DNA from: Ignavibacteriales bacterium CG07_land_8_20_14_0_80_59_12
GTDB lineage: Bacteria > Bacteroidota > Ignavibacteria > 0-14-0-80-59-12
DNA: 64,000 bases
NCBI GenBank assembly: GCA_002779395.1
Contig: PEWR01000061.1
Coordinates: forward strand, 5,104 to 69,103
Direction: 5' to 3'
In this document: positions 23,502-33,176 of the stretch, one piece after another
Layout: each line of letters begins with the position of its first letter
Position numbering within the stretch: position 1 is the first letter of the stretch
The notes under the pieces: model-generated
What the model saw: the letters and a program-made list of their open reading frames with translations, nothing else
The model's database searches: none
Told to the model about the DNA's origin: nothing
Position numbers and translations under genes: made by a program

Positions 23502-24671
23502 TCAGTCCGGCCTGGAATCCCGAACAAACACTCGAGGGACCCGGGGGGACACTGAACAGGTAATTTCGTATGGAATAGTATCGATGAGACGGGCCACATC
23601 CCAAGCGGTGATCTGATTCCCGCCCTGTGTCCCGATGAAGACGACCTCATCGCCGACCGCGACATGATCATCCCCCACGTCCACCATCACGTGATCCATG
23701 GCAATCGTGCCGACAACCGGGTAGCGGCGCCCGCCGATCAGTACCGACGCACGGTTGGTGAGGCGGCGGCTGAGCCCGTCCGCGTAGCCGACCGGGATCG
23801 TGGCAATAAGCACCTCACGAGTGGTATAGTACCGCCGACCATAGCTGATGCTGGTCGCCTCGGCAACACGCTTTGCGAAGACGACCCTCGACTTGATGCT
23901 CATCACGGGACGAAGAGGCACGCTTTCGGTGGTCTCCTGCGACGGGTAGTAGCCGTAAAGCATGATCCCCGGACGAACCATCGTAAAGTAGCTTTCCGGA
24001 AGATCAAGGATGCCCGCGCTCCCGGCCATGTGGACATCCTGAACCTCGATTCGGAGTTTCCCCAATGCATCGAGGACGTGCCCGAACCTCTGTAACTGGT
24101 TCTCGGAAAATGACTTATCCGCCTCGTCCGCCGCCGCGAAATGCGAGAAGACACCAGTGATTTCAAGATGCGGCATGCGCGCGATGGTCACAATGGAGTC
24201 CGCCGCGGAATTCCACTCGAATCCAAGCCGTCCCATCCCGGTATCCACTTTGACGTGGACCGGGCACCGTAGGTTTCGCTTCTGTGCCTCCTCCTCAAGG
24301 CGAGCTGCAACATCTATGGACGCGACCGCTGGGATCAGCTTGTAATCGAAGTAGAGAGGCATCTGTTCCCACATCGGCGAGGTGAAGACAAGGGTTTCCG
24401 CGGAGAGCCCTGCATCCCGCAGTGCTATGGCCTCCTCAGGAAATGCCACAGCCAGGCAATCTGCCTCTCCAGCGAGCGCCTCTCGGGCGATCTCGACGCT
24501 TCCATGCCCATATGCATTCGCCTTCACAACCGCCATGATCTTGACGCCAAAGCCGACCCGCTTCCTCACCCCGCGGAGGTTGTACGAGAAAGCGTCGAGG
24601 TTCACCTCGACCCAGCCGGGCCGTGTCGGCATCGCCTGTGTCGGCTGATAAGTCGATCCCGGTTCTTGCAT
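23502..24671 (-). CDS. alr: Alanine racemase
   Basis: AVVKANAYGHG PLP-lysine motif. The start could also be the ATG at 24632. Confidence 0.9.
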   Translation of the reverse strand: MQEPGSTYQPTQAMPTRPGWVEVNLDAFSYNLRGVRKRVGFGVKIMAVVKANAYGHGSVEIAREALAGEADCLAVAFPEEAIALRDAGLSAETLVFTSPMWEQMPLYFDYKLIPAVASIDVAARLEEEAQKRNLRCPVHVKVDTGMGRLGFEWNSAADSIVTIARMPHLEITGVFSHFAAADEADKSFSENQLQRFGHVLDALGKLRIEVQDVHMAGSAGILDLPESYFTMVRPGIMLYGYYPSQETTESVPLRPVMSIKSRVVFAKRVAEATSISYGRRYYTTREVLIATIPVGYADGLSRRLTNRASVLIGGRRYPVVGTIAMDHVMVDVGDDHVAVGDEVVFIGTQGGNQITAWDVARLIDTIPYEITCSVSPRVPRVFVRDSRPD

Positions 24672-24703
24672 GGAGATACGGGTACTGAACCAATGCCTTG
24701 TAA

Positions 24704-24732
24704 AGTATAAGGTTTCTCGAACTCAGATGCAA
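24704..24732 (-). promoter_or_regulatory. Sigma70-type promoter TTGCAT-N17-TATACT upstream of alr
   Basis: Read on the minus strand in the AT-richer 24672-24760 spacer. Confidence 0.4.
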
Positions 24733-24868
24733 TTAAGTCCGTGTCCACTCAGCGAACGGACCCTCCCGCAGAACGACTCAGGGAGAGCCAATGATGGCCC
24801 TCTGATTTCGTGCGGCAGCTTTGCCAATTCTGCTCCGGATTCGCAGAAAACGCGCCTCCTTGAAAGGA

Positions 24869-26245
24869 TCATGGATTCAGTCTTGTCAGCACATCTCTTA
24901 TCTTCCTGAGACCTTCGTCCAGCTCATCCTTTTGGATATTGAGAGCCGGACGGAACCGGATCGTTCTCTCGCCGCAGCCCAGCATCAGGACCCCTTCCTC
25001 GTACAGCTCGCTCCGGAAGGTATTCCTCAACTGAGGCGTTGGGAAATCCATAGCGCAGAAAAGGCCCCTGCCCCTTGTGTTGCTGACCAGGGCCGGGAAT
25101 TCCCTTTCAATCACACGAAGCTCATCCAGAAGGTGAACGCCGAGCCTCGCCGCGTGGTCGACAAGCCTTTCCTCCTCGATGATTTCCAGGTACTTCGCGA
25201 CCCGCACCATGTCCGCGAGGTTCCCGCCCCAGGTCGAGTTCAGCCTCCCCGCCTTCTGGAACACGTTTCCCTCCACCTCGTCGATCCGGGTGCCTGCGAG
25301 AAAGCCGCAGATCTGAGTCTTTTTCCCGAACGCCATCATGTCCGGGTTCACAAAATGCTGATGGGCCCACATCTTGCCGGTCAATCCCACGCCCGTCTGG
25401 ATTTCGTCAAAAACGAGCATGAAGTCATTCTCGTCTGCCAGCAGCCTGAGCCCCTCCAGAAACTCCTTCCGGAAGTGGTTGTCCCCCCCCTCCGCCTGGA
25501 TCGGCTCAATGATAAGCGCTGCAACATTGTGCCCGTATTCACCAATCGCCCCCTTGATCTCGTCGACGGCGATTTCTTCGCGGCGTTTTACATCTTCAAG
25601 GTTTTTCTCGTTCAGAGGGAACCTGATCGCGGGGTTTGAAATCCTGGGCCATCTGAACTTCGGGAAGTAGTCAACCTTGACGGGATCGGTGTTTGTGAGG
25701 GAGATCGTGTAACCGGTCCGTCCGTGGAAGGCCTGCCGGAAATGAAGGACGACGAGCCTGCTCTCGTCTGCCGTTGAGCGGTAGAACCCTGACGCCAGGT
25801 TCTTCCTCATCTTCCAGTCGAACGCCGCCTTCAGCGCGTTCTCAACACCGAGCGCACCCCCCTCGATGAAGAAGACGTGCGGGAGATAGTCGGGCATCGC
25901 GATGCGCGCAAACGTGTCCACAAACTCCGCCATCTCAACTGTGTAGACGTCGGAGTTCGTCGGTTTGTTCACAGCCGCCCTGCCGATCTTCTCGATGAAT
26001 TCAGGCGTCATCATCTTCGGGTGGTTCATGCCGATGGGAGCCGAGGCGAAGTACGAGAAGAGGTCGAGGAACCACCTGTCGTGCCGCGCATCGTAGATGC
26101 GTGAGCCGTGGCTTTTCCCTATGTCGACCACGAGGTCAAAACCGTCCGCCAGCATGTGCTTTCCGAGGATCTCGTGCACATCGCGGGGGGTGATCGGTGA
26201 CCGGGTCTGGATCCGCCCGAGAGCGGCCGTCTGAAACTCTGCCAT
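24869..26245 (-). CDS. lat: L-lysine 6-aminotransferase (class-III aminotransferase, LAT family)
   Basis: DGFDLVVDIGKSHGSRIYDARHDRWFLDLFSYFASAPIGMNHP is an LAT-type N-terminus. A PLP-lysine region is present. Confidence 0.8.
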   Translation of the reverse strand: MAEFQTAALGRIQTRSPITPRDVHEILGKHMLADGFDLVVDIGKSHGSRIYDARHDRWFLDLFSYFASAPIGMNHPKMMTPEFIEKIGRAAVNKPTNSDVYTVEMAEFVDTFARIAMPDYLPHVFFIEGGALGVENALKAAFDWKMRKNLASGFYRSTADESRLVVLHFRQAFHGRTGYTISLTNTDPVKVDYFPKFRWPRISNPAIRFPLNEKNLEDVKRREEIAVDEIKGAIGEYGHNVAALIIEPIQAEGGDNHFRKEFLEGLRLLADENDFMLVFDEIQTGVGLTGKMWAHQHFVNPDMMAFGKKTQICGFLAGTRIDEVEGNVFQKAGRLNSTWGGNLADMVRVAKYLEIIEEERLVDHAARLGVHLLDELRVIEREFPALVSNTRGRGLFCAMDFPTPQLRNTFRSELYEEGVLMLGCGERTIRFRPALNIQKDELDEGLRKIRDVLTRLNP

Positions 26246-26259
26246 AGCGACCTCACATC

Positions 26260-27753
26260 CTATTGGTTGTACGTATCAATCTGTGCCTTCTGGAGCTTAC
26301 CGCTGAAATCGACGTACACCGTTTTCCACTCGGTATAGAAATCGAAAACAGTCCATCCGCCTTCGCGATGGCCGTTGCCGGTCTGCTTTACGCCGCCGAA
26401 CGGCATATGCGCCTCGGCGCCGATTGTCGCACCGTTGATGTAGGTGATGCCCGCCTCGATATCGCGCATTGCACGGAAGGCCCGGTTCACGTCCTGCGTG
26501 AAGATGGAAGAGGAGAGCCCATAGCTGGTCCCGTTCAGGACATCGACCGCCTCTTCGAATGATTTCACTGTGAGGACAGAGAGGACCGGTCCGAAGATCT
26601 CCTCCACGGCGATCCGCATCGCGGGAGTGACCCCGTCGAAGATCGTCGGCTTGTAGAACCATCCCAAGTCGAGGTCACCGCCCGTCGCGGCTTCACCGCC
26701 GAGGACAAGCTTCGCGCCCTCCTGCCTGCCGATTTCGACGTAGCTGTGGACCCTCTCGCGCTGCCCTTCATTAATGCAGGGACCCACCTCAACATCGGGC
26801 AGAAGCCCGTCGCCGAGCCGGAGCTTCGACGCCCGGTTGATGAGCATCTTCATGAACATGTCGTGGATCTTCTCGTGAAGAATGAGGCGGCTGGTCGCTG
26901 TGCACCTCTGTCCGGTGGTACCGAACGCTCCCCAGAGCACCGCATCAAGCGCGAGATCGAGGTTCGCATCATCCATCACGATCTGCGCGTTCTTGCCTCC
27001 GAGCTCGAGCGAGATCCGCTTCAGAGTGCGGCTCCCCACTTCGGAAAGCTTCTTCCCGACGACAGTCGAGCCGGTGAAGCTCAACGCATCGACGTCCGTG
27101 TGCTCGACAATGGCGTTCCCGACTTCTCCTCCGCCGCCGTGAACAATGTTGATGACACCCGTCGGCAGCCCCGCTTCCTCGAGGATCTTCACGAGCATCG
27201 TGGCGGTCGCCGGCGTGTCGGAGGCGGGCTTGAAGACAACTGTGTTCCCCGAGACGAGCGCCGGGAAGATCTTCCACGTTGGAATCGCCATTGGGAAGTT
27301 CCACGGTGTGACAACGCCGACAACGCCGATCGGCACGCGGAAGGAGAGATTCATTTTGTTGGGGAGCTCGGAGGGCGCGTTCATTCCGAAGAGCCTCCGC
27401 CCTTCCGTGGCAGCGTAGTAGCCGGTATCGATCCCTTCCTGCACGTCGCCGCGTGTCTCGAGGAGCACTTTCCCCATCTCGCGTGTCATGAGACGGGCGA
27501 TTTCTTCCTTGCGCGCTACGAGGAGGTCGGCCGCCTTTCGAACGATGTCGCCTCGTTTGGGCGCAGGGACCAGACGCCATGTCTTGAAAGCCGCCCTGGC
27601 GGCCTTCACTGCTTCATCCACATCTTCTTTCGATGACTTCGGGAAGGTACCGACGACCTCATCCCAGCGTGCCGGGTTCCGATCTTCAAAGGTCCTCCCG
27701 GATTTCGTATCAACCCATTGACCGTTGATGTAGTTCTGAAATTTCTCCGACAT
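26260..27753 (-). CDS. Aldehyde dehydrogenase, probably piperideine-6-carboxylate/aminoadipate-semialdehyde dehydrogenase
   Basis: The start is placed at ATG 27753 (MSEKFQNYINGQWV) with an AAAGGAG RBS. The track ORF extends to 27960. ALDH motifs ELGGKN and the catalytic Cys region GQRCTA are present. It lies 15 nt downstream of lat. Confidence 0.85.
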   Translation of the reverse strand: MSEKFQNYINGQWVDTKSGRTFEDRNPARWDEVVGTFPKSSKEDVDEAVKAARAAFKTWRLVPAPKRGDIVRKAADLLVARKEEIARLMTREMGKVLLETRGDVQEGIDTGYYAATEGRRLFGMNAPSELPNKMNLSFRVPIGVVGVVTPWNFPMAIPTWKIFPALVSGNTVVFKPASDTPATATMLVKILEEAGLPTGVINIVHGGGGEVGNAIVEHTDVDALSFTGSTVVGKKLSEVGSRTLKRISLELGGKNAQIVMDDANLDLALDAVLWGAFGTTGQRCTATSRLILHEKIHDMFMKMLINRASKLRLGDGLLPDVEVGPCINEGQRERVHSYVEIGRQEGAKLVLGGEAATGGDLDLGWFYKPTIFDGVTPAMRIAVEEIFGPVLSVLTVKSFEEAVDVLNGTSYGLSSSIFTQDVNRAFRAMRDIEAGITYINGATIGAEAHMPFGGVKQTGNGHREGGWTVFDFYTEWKTVYVDFSGKLQKAQIDTYNQ

Positions 27754-27934
27754 TCCGCAGCTCCTTTCAGTTACGGCTGAAGCGAATCGACGGTCGTTGA
27801 CGGTGGCGCATTCGACCTGGCGCGAAGAGGATGCCGAGGAACGGGATTCTCGGGCATCCGTGGAACATGCGAATTGCGATGTGTTCAGCAGCGTTGGGAT
27901 AAAGGTGCGTCCCGTGCCTGGTGGGAAAGCTGGA

Positions 27935-29308
27935 TCACTGCATCGTCCCCTTGCTCTCATCCGCAGCGCGTGCCGTCTGCGCGCGTGTTGTGTCGGACCT
28001 CACATTCACGGGTTGTCTAAGTCCTGCCCGCTCAAAGATTTCATCAACGTGACGGAAGGCTTTTGCAGTGTCGAATACCTCGTTGATCTCCTCGCGGCTC
28101 AACTTCGCCAAGACACTGGCATCCCCTTCGATGAGGTCCCGGAACTTCTCGTGCGTCCGCCATGCCTGCATCGCGTGTTCCTGGACGATCGCGTAAGCAA
28201 CCTCGCGCGAAACCCCTTTCTGAACCAGCGCAAGAAGGAGCGCCTGCGAGAAAATGAGTCCGCCCGTGCGCTCAAGGTTCCTTACCATTGACTCGGGATA
28301 CACCTGCATCCCGCGGACCACATCCGTGAACGTGGTCAGCATGTTGTCGAGGAGGATACACGAGTCGGGGAGAATAATCCGTTCGACGGATGAATGCGAG
28401 ATGTCCCGTTCATGCCAGAGCGTGATGTTCTCCATCGCGGCAAGCGCATTTCCCCGCAGGACGCGCGAAAGCCCGGCCAGGCGCTCGCATGTGACCGGAT
28501 TCCGCTTGTGCGGCATCGCGGAAGAGCCCTTTTGTCCGGCAGCGAACGGCTCTTCCACTTCGAGAACCTCCGTCCTCTGGAGATGCCTGATCTCGGTCGC
28601 GAACTTTTCGATCGACGAGCCGATAAGAGCGATGGTCGTCATGAACTCCGCGTGCCTGTCACGCTGGATGATCTGGGTGGAGACCGGCGCGGGAGTGAGC
28701 CCGAGCTTCCCGCAGACATACATTTCGACGAACGGGTCAAGGTGCTCGTATGTCCCAACGGCGCCGGAAATCTTGCCGGCGGAGACTGTGTCTTTCGCAC
28801 GCCGCAGGCGCTCCTCGTGCCTTCCCAGCTCGTCGTACCAGATGGCAAGCTTCAAGCCGAATGTGATCGGCTCTGCGTGCACACCGTGCGTCCGTCCGAT
28901 CATCGCGGTCGTCTTGAACTCCCGGGCTCTCTCTCCCACCGCCGAGCGGAGAGATGAGAGGTCCGACTCAAGGAGCTCTGCCGACTGCCTGAGCTGGACG
29001 GCGAGTCCGGTGTCGAGGACATCCGACGATGTCATCCCGTAATGGATGTGGTGCGCCAGAGGCCCGACGTTGTCGCCCACGTTTGTGAGGAAGGCGATAA
29101 CGTCATGCTTCACCTGCCGCTCGATCTCGTCAATCCGGGCGGTGTCAAAGCGTGCTTTGCGGCGAATCTCTTCGACGTCACTCCGCGGAATCTCTCCGCG
29201 CTCGGCCCGCGCCTCGCAGGCGAGGAGCTCGATCTCGAGGAAGACACGGAATCTGTTCTCTTCGGACCAAATCTGCCCCATCTCCGGACGTGTGTAGCGG
29301 GGGATCAT
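27935..29308 (-). CDS. purB: Adenylosuccinate lyase
   Basis: GSSAMPHKRNP fumarate-lyase signature; 457 aa. Confidence 0.9.
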   Translation of the reverse strand: MIPRYTRPEMGQIWSEENRFRVFLEIELLACEARAERGEIPRSDVEEIRRKARFDTARIDEIERQVKHDVIAFLTNVGDNVGPLAHHIHYGMTSSDVLDTGLAVQLRQSAELLESDLSSLRSAVGERAREFKTTAMIGRTHGVHAEPITFGLKLAIWYDELGRHEERLRRAKDTVSAGKISGAVGTYEHLDPFVEMYVCGKLGLTPAPVSTQIIQRDRHAEFMTTIALIGSSIEKFATEIRHLQRTEVLEVEEPFAAGQKGSSAMPHKRNPVTCERLAGLSRVLRGNALAAMENITLWHERDISHSSVERIILPDSCILLDNMLTTFTDVVRGMQVYPESMVRNLERTGGLIFSQALLLALVQKGVSREVAYAIVQEHAMQAWRTHEKFRDLIEGDASVLAKLSREEINEVFDTAKAFRHVDEIFERAGLRQPVNVRSDTTRAQTARAADESKGTMQ

Positions 29309-30489
29309 GACTTGCCCAGCCTGAGTGTGACCACCTGTTCGTGCTTGTCCCTGAAAACTTTGAGGCGGAGCATATCGCCGACCTTCAACTCGTTAAGGAT
29401 GCCGATGATATCCTGCTCCTTTTCCACCTTCTCCCCGTTCGCCTCAAGGATGATATCTCCTACTCGTATCCCGGCGCGTTCCCCCGTGCTCCCTGCGGCC
29501 ACGTCTTTCACGACGAGGCCCAACGGCTTCGGAAGCCCGAAGTACTTCGCGATGTTCCCGTCCACTCTCTGGACCGAGATGCCTGTCGAAATACTCCGGT
29601 CGATCTTCCCGTTTTTCCTTAACTCGTCGACGACAGCCTTCACCCTGTTCACCGGGATCGCAAAGCCGAGGCCGATGTTCCCCTGGTTCGGTGTGTAGAT
29701 GATCGTGTTCATCCCGATCACCTCCCCCATGCTGTTGACGAGAGGACCGCCGCTGTTCCCGCTGTTGATCGCGGCGTCGGTCCCAATCATGTTCCGGTAG
29801 GAGCGCCGCGGGTCGTCCGACTGCAGGTTCATGTGGAGGGCGCTCACGACTCCGACAGTCACGTAGGGCTGGTCGTTGATCTCGAACATCCCGAAGGGGT
29901 TCCCAAACGCAATCACCCATTCTCCGATCATGACGTTGTCCGAGTTCCCGAGGACGAGGTGAGGGAGGTTCCTTCCGTCGATTTTCAGGAGGGCGATGTC
30001 GGACACAACATCATGGCCGATGACTTTTGCCGGGTGCTTCTCACCGTTCGTCATCGTCACGGTTATTTCCTTCGCGTTTCCCGCGACGTGGTCGTTTGTG
30101 ACGATGTATCCGTCCGGTGAGATGATGAACCCCGAGCCGGCATTTTGGACCTGCTGCTTCTGGGTTCCGAAAAACTGCCGGAAAAAGGGGTCGTCGCCGA
30201 AGAAACGCGAGAACGGATCCCGGTATTCGATCACTTCAATGACGCTGACGCCGACGACCGCCGGGGATACGCGACCCACGGTGCGGGTAATCGCCGTCTC
30301 CCTCGACTTCTGGATTTCGTCGCCCAGCGAGGGCCGGTCAGTCTGCTGATACCGCGCCTCTTCGAAAACGGGTGCCCCTCCCCCCTTCGCGACGGCCGAG
30401 CGGTGTGTCCCGCCGATGTAGTAGCCAAGCAGCGCGCCGAAGAGGAGCGGGACAATTGCCAGGAGGGTCATGACGAATCGTCGCTTCAT
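29305..30489 (-). CDS. htrA: HtrA/DegP-family periplasmic serine protease (trypsin domain plus PDZ)
   Basis: The start is placed at ATG 30489 (MKRRFVMTLLAIVPLLFG) with a GGAAG RBS; this avoids an 11-nt overlap with plsY. The HD...GNSGGPLVN catalytic triad region is present. Confidence 0.9.
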   Translation of the reverse strand: MKRRFVMTLLAIVPLLFGALLGYYIGGTHRSAVAKGGGAPVFEEARYQQTDRPSLGDEIQKSRETAITRTVGRVSPAVVGVSVIEVIEYRDPFSRFFGDDPFFRQFFGTQKQQVQNAGSGFIISPDGYIVTNDHVAGNAKEITVTMTNGEKHPAKVIGHDVVSDIALLKIDGRNLPHLVLGNSDNVMIGEWVIAFGNPFGMFEINDQPYVTVGVVSALHMNLQSDDPRRSYRNMIGTDAAINSGNSGGPLVNSMGEVIGMNTIIYTPNQGNIGLGFAIPVNRVKAVVDELRKNGKIDRSISTGISVQRVDGNIAKYFGLPKPLGLVVKDVAAGSTGERAGIRVGDIILEANGEKVEKEQDIIGILNELKVGDMLRLKVFRDKHEQVVTLRLGKS

Positions 30490-30505
30490 TTTGCTTCCGA
30501 TCTTC

Positions 30506-31150
30506 TCATACGGCACTACCCGCGCTCTCTCCGAGCCGGGTGATAGCCTGCCGGATTGGTTTCACATGTTTCAGGAGAAGCAGCAGTGAAAGGATGACGA
30601 AGAATACGCGCACTTCCGAAGGGAGTGCTTCAGGTTTCACAAGGCGATCAAGGATTGAACCGGGGAGGACGACGAGGAGAATGGGGGTCAAGAGGATTGC
30701 GAATCCGCTTGCAAGGTGGGTCTGCTTGAAGAGGTACTTGCCCAGCAGCCAGATCGCCCCCCAGACGGCCAGCACCGGCCACATAGTAAGGAGAAGCGCG
30801 CCGGCACCGACCGCAAGCCCCCGCCCCCCCTTGAAGCCGAGCCAGATGGAGAAGTTGTGCCCGAGCACCGCGGCAAGGGCCGCGCTCGCCATGTAGTAGA
30901 ACACGGGGCCAAAGAGCGCGAGGGCGACCCAGACCGCTGCAAAACCCCTAAACACGTCCCCGAGGAGGACCAGCACGCCCGCCTTCTGTGAACCGGTGAA
31001 GCGGTAGCTGTTCATGGTTCCCGAGTTCCCGCTGCCAACAGTCGTGATGTCCTCGCCGGTATGCCGCTTCCCTACGGCGTAGGCCGTAGGGATGGAGCCA
31101 ATAAGGTAGCCAAGGGCAACGACAATTATTTCGGGGATCAGGTCAATCAT
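30506..31150 (-). CDS. plsY: Glycerol-3-phosphate acyltransferase PlsY
   Basis: LIGSIPTAY...GKR...GSGNSGTMN motif region. Confidence 0.9.
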   Translation of the reverse strand: MIDLIPEIIVVALGYLIGSIPTAYAVGKRHTGEDITTVGSGNSGTMNSYRFTGSQKAGVLVLLGDVFRGFAAVWVALALFGPVFYYMASAALAAVLGHNFSIWLGFKGGRGLAVGAGALLLTMWPVLAVWGAIWLLGKYLFKQTHLASGFAILLTPILLVVLPGSILDRLVKPEALPSEVRVFFVILSLLLLLKHVKPIRQAITRLGESAGSAV

Positions 31151-31179
31151 CTTTCATCGTAGGTCTGTTCCGCCCTTAG

Positions 31180-31208
31180 AACTTACGAAAAACGGGACTA
31201 AGAAACAA
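31180..31208 (-). promoter_or_regulatory. Promoter TTGTTTCTTAG...-N17-TAAGTT upstream of plsY. It shares an extended TTGTTTCTTAG -35 region with the glgA promoter.
   Basis: The minus strand reads TTGTTTCTTAGTCCCGTTTTTCGTAAGTT, 24 nt before the plsY ATG. Confidence 0.45.
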
Positions 31209-31406
31209 GGCGTCCTAGGGCTCTTCCTCCAGCTAAGTGATAACCGTATAATGAGTTACAGCAAGGAGGCGTACACGACATGGAGTCGGCGCATCCTCTT
31301 CCTTGATTGAAGCGCCGTACGGTGGGACGTCGGCCTTCTGAGGATAGGACGAAAGTTCCGGGGCAGGGCCCGTCCACGGGCGCAGGGGTGAGGGGGAGAC
31401 AGCCGC

Positions 31407-32321
31407 TCAGCTCGTTCGTGTCACCACGAAGTCTATGAGGTTAATGAGCGAGCCCTTCCCAGGGGATTCAGGGAAGGCTCCCAGGGCCGCCTTGGCATCG
31501 GCGGCGTAGGCTTCAGCACGAGCCTCTGAGTACTCGATCCCCCCGTGGTCCGAGACGAACTTGACGACCGCGGAGACGTCCTTTGCCTTCGCGCCGTTCT
31601 TGATGAGGCCGATGATCCGCTGTCCCTCGGCTGACGTTGAACTCCTGAGGGCATGGATGAGCGGGAGTGTGATCTTCTTCTCTTTCAGATCTCCACCGAC
31701 CGGTTTGCCGAGCAGTGAAGACTTCCCGACGAAGTCGAGGACATCGTCACGGATCTGGAATGCAATCCCGAGGTTCTCACCGAAAGCGCGGAGCGAGGAA
31801 TGGGCCGACTCGTCGGCCGTTGCACTCTGAGCGCCGAGCTCCGCACAGGTGGCAATGAGCGATGCAGTCTTGTCTCCGATGATCCGCAGGTATGTTTCTT
31901 CATTGATATCGAGTTTACGAGTCTTCTGAATCTGCAGAAGCTCCCCCTCGCTCATCCGCCGGACAGTGTTCGAGATCGTCTTGAGGAACTTAAAGTCGTC
32001 GTTCTCGAGAGAAAGGAGGAGCCCTCTCGCCAGGAAGTAGTCTCCCATGAGCACCGCAACCTTGTTCTTCCAGATGGCATTCACGGAGAGGATCCCGCGC
32101 CTGGTGTCGGCATTGTCGACCACGTCGTCGTGGACGAGGGTGGCGGTGTGGAGAATCTCGACAAGCGATGCCGCCCTGTACGTGCTCTCATTGATTCCTC
32201 CGCTTACGCTCGCGGAGAGGAGAACGAGGATTGGCCGGATGCGCTTCCCCTTCTGTTTCACCAGGTATCGCGCCACCGTGTCGACGACCGCGACTTTCGA
32301 GCGCATGGTCGACTTGAACAC
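31407..32321 (-). CDS. ispB: Polyprenyl diphosphate synthase (IspB-type)
   Basis: DDxxD motifs LVHDDVVDNADTRRG and FQIRDDVLDF. Confidence 0.85.
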   Translation of the reverse strand: MFKSTMRSKVAVVDTVARYLVKQKGKRIRPILVLLSASVSGGINESTYRAASLVEILHTATLVHDDVVDNADTRRGILSVNAIWKNKVAVLMGDYFLARGLLLSLENDDFKFLKTISNTVRRMSEGELLQIQKTRKLDINEETYLRIIGDKTASLIATCAELGAQSATADESAHSSLRAFGENLGIAFQIRDDVLDFVGKSSLLGKPVGGDLKEKKITLPLIHALRSSTSAEGQRIIGLIKNGAKAKDVSAVVKFVSDHGGIEYSEARAEAYAADAKAALGAFPESPGKGSLINLIDFVVTRTS

Positions 32322-32385
32322 GTCGTCGAACGTGCGGAGCTCATTCTCGACCGGGGCTGTGATGTCCTTCAGCGTCGCGCGCCTC

Positions 32386-33096
32386 TCACGTTTCCTGCTC
32401 TTTCTTTTGCGCCGCCTTCGAGACCCATATGCTCACCTCGTAGAGCAGCATGAGCGGTATCGCAAGGATGACCTGGCTCACCGGGTCGGTCCCGGGCGTC
32501 AGGGCCGCAGCAAGGATGAAGATAACGACGATGGCATGGCGCCGGTAGTGCCGCATGAACGACGGTTTCAGGATACCTAACTTTGAGAGGAACCACGAAG
32601 CCATCGGAAGCTCGAACACAATCCCGGCCCCGAGGATCACGCTCACGACAAAACTGATATACTCCTGGATGGCGATATTGTTCTCGATGTTCTTCGAGCC
32701 GAAGGCGGCGAAGAACCGGAGTGCCATCGGGAGCATGGCAAAGTAGGCGAATGCGATCCCGGAGAAGAAGCAGATCGAGGTGAAGGCTACGATCCAGAAG
32801 GCATACTTCCTCTCCCTCGGCATCAGCCCCGGTGCGATGAACTTCCAGAGCTGGTACAGGATCACCGGCGTGCTCAGGACGACACCACCGATGATGGCGA
32901 CCTCCATATAGAGAAGGAGCTGCCCGAACGGCTTCAGGTTCTGGAGGTGGAACCCCGACTTGATCGCCGGACGGAGGAGCACGCCGTCAATGAGCCAGTC
33001 AATGAATATCCAGCAGACGATCGCGCCGAGGACGACTGAAACAAGTGCCTTGACCAGCCGCCAGCGGAGTTCCTCGAGGTGATCGAAGAAGGACAT
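32386..33096 (-). CDS. tatC: Twin-arginine translocase subunit TatC
   Basis: The start is placed at ATG 33096 (MSFFDHLEELRWRL) with a GAAGGAG RBS. The track ORF starts 19 codons upstream. Six TM helices. Confidence 0.9.
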   Translation of the reverse strand: MSFFDHLEELRWRLVKALVSVVLGAIVCWIFIDWLIDGVLLRPAIKSGFHLQNLKPFGQLLLYMEVAIIGGVVLSTPVILYQLWKFIAPGLMPRERKYAFWIVAFTSICFFSGIAFAYFAMLPMALRFFAAFGSKNIENNIAIQEYISFVVSVILGAGIVFELPMASWFLSKLGILKPSFMRHYRRHAIVVIFILAAALTPGTDPVSQVILAIPLMLLYEVSIWVSKAAQKKEQET

Positions 33097-33176
33097 CTCC
33101 TTCTCGTCCCCCCGCATCTCCCCACGGGGCGAATCGTCGCGTTCTTCTGTCATCGGCCAGACCCGGCTCCAAAAGC

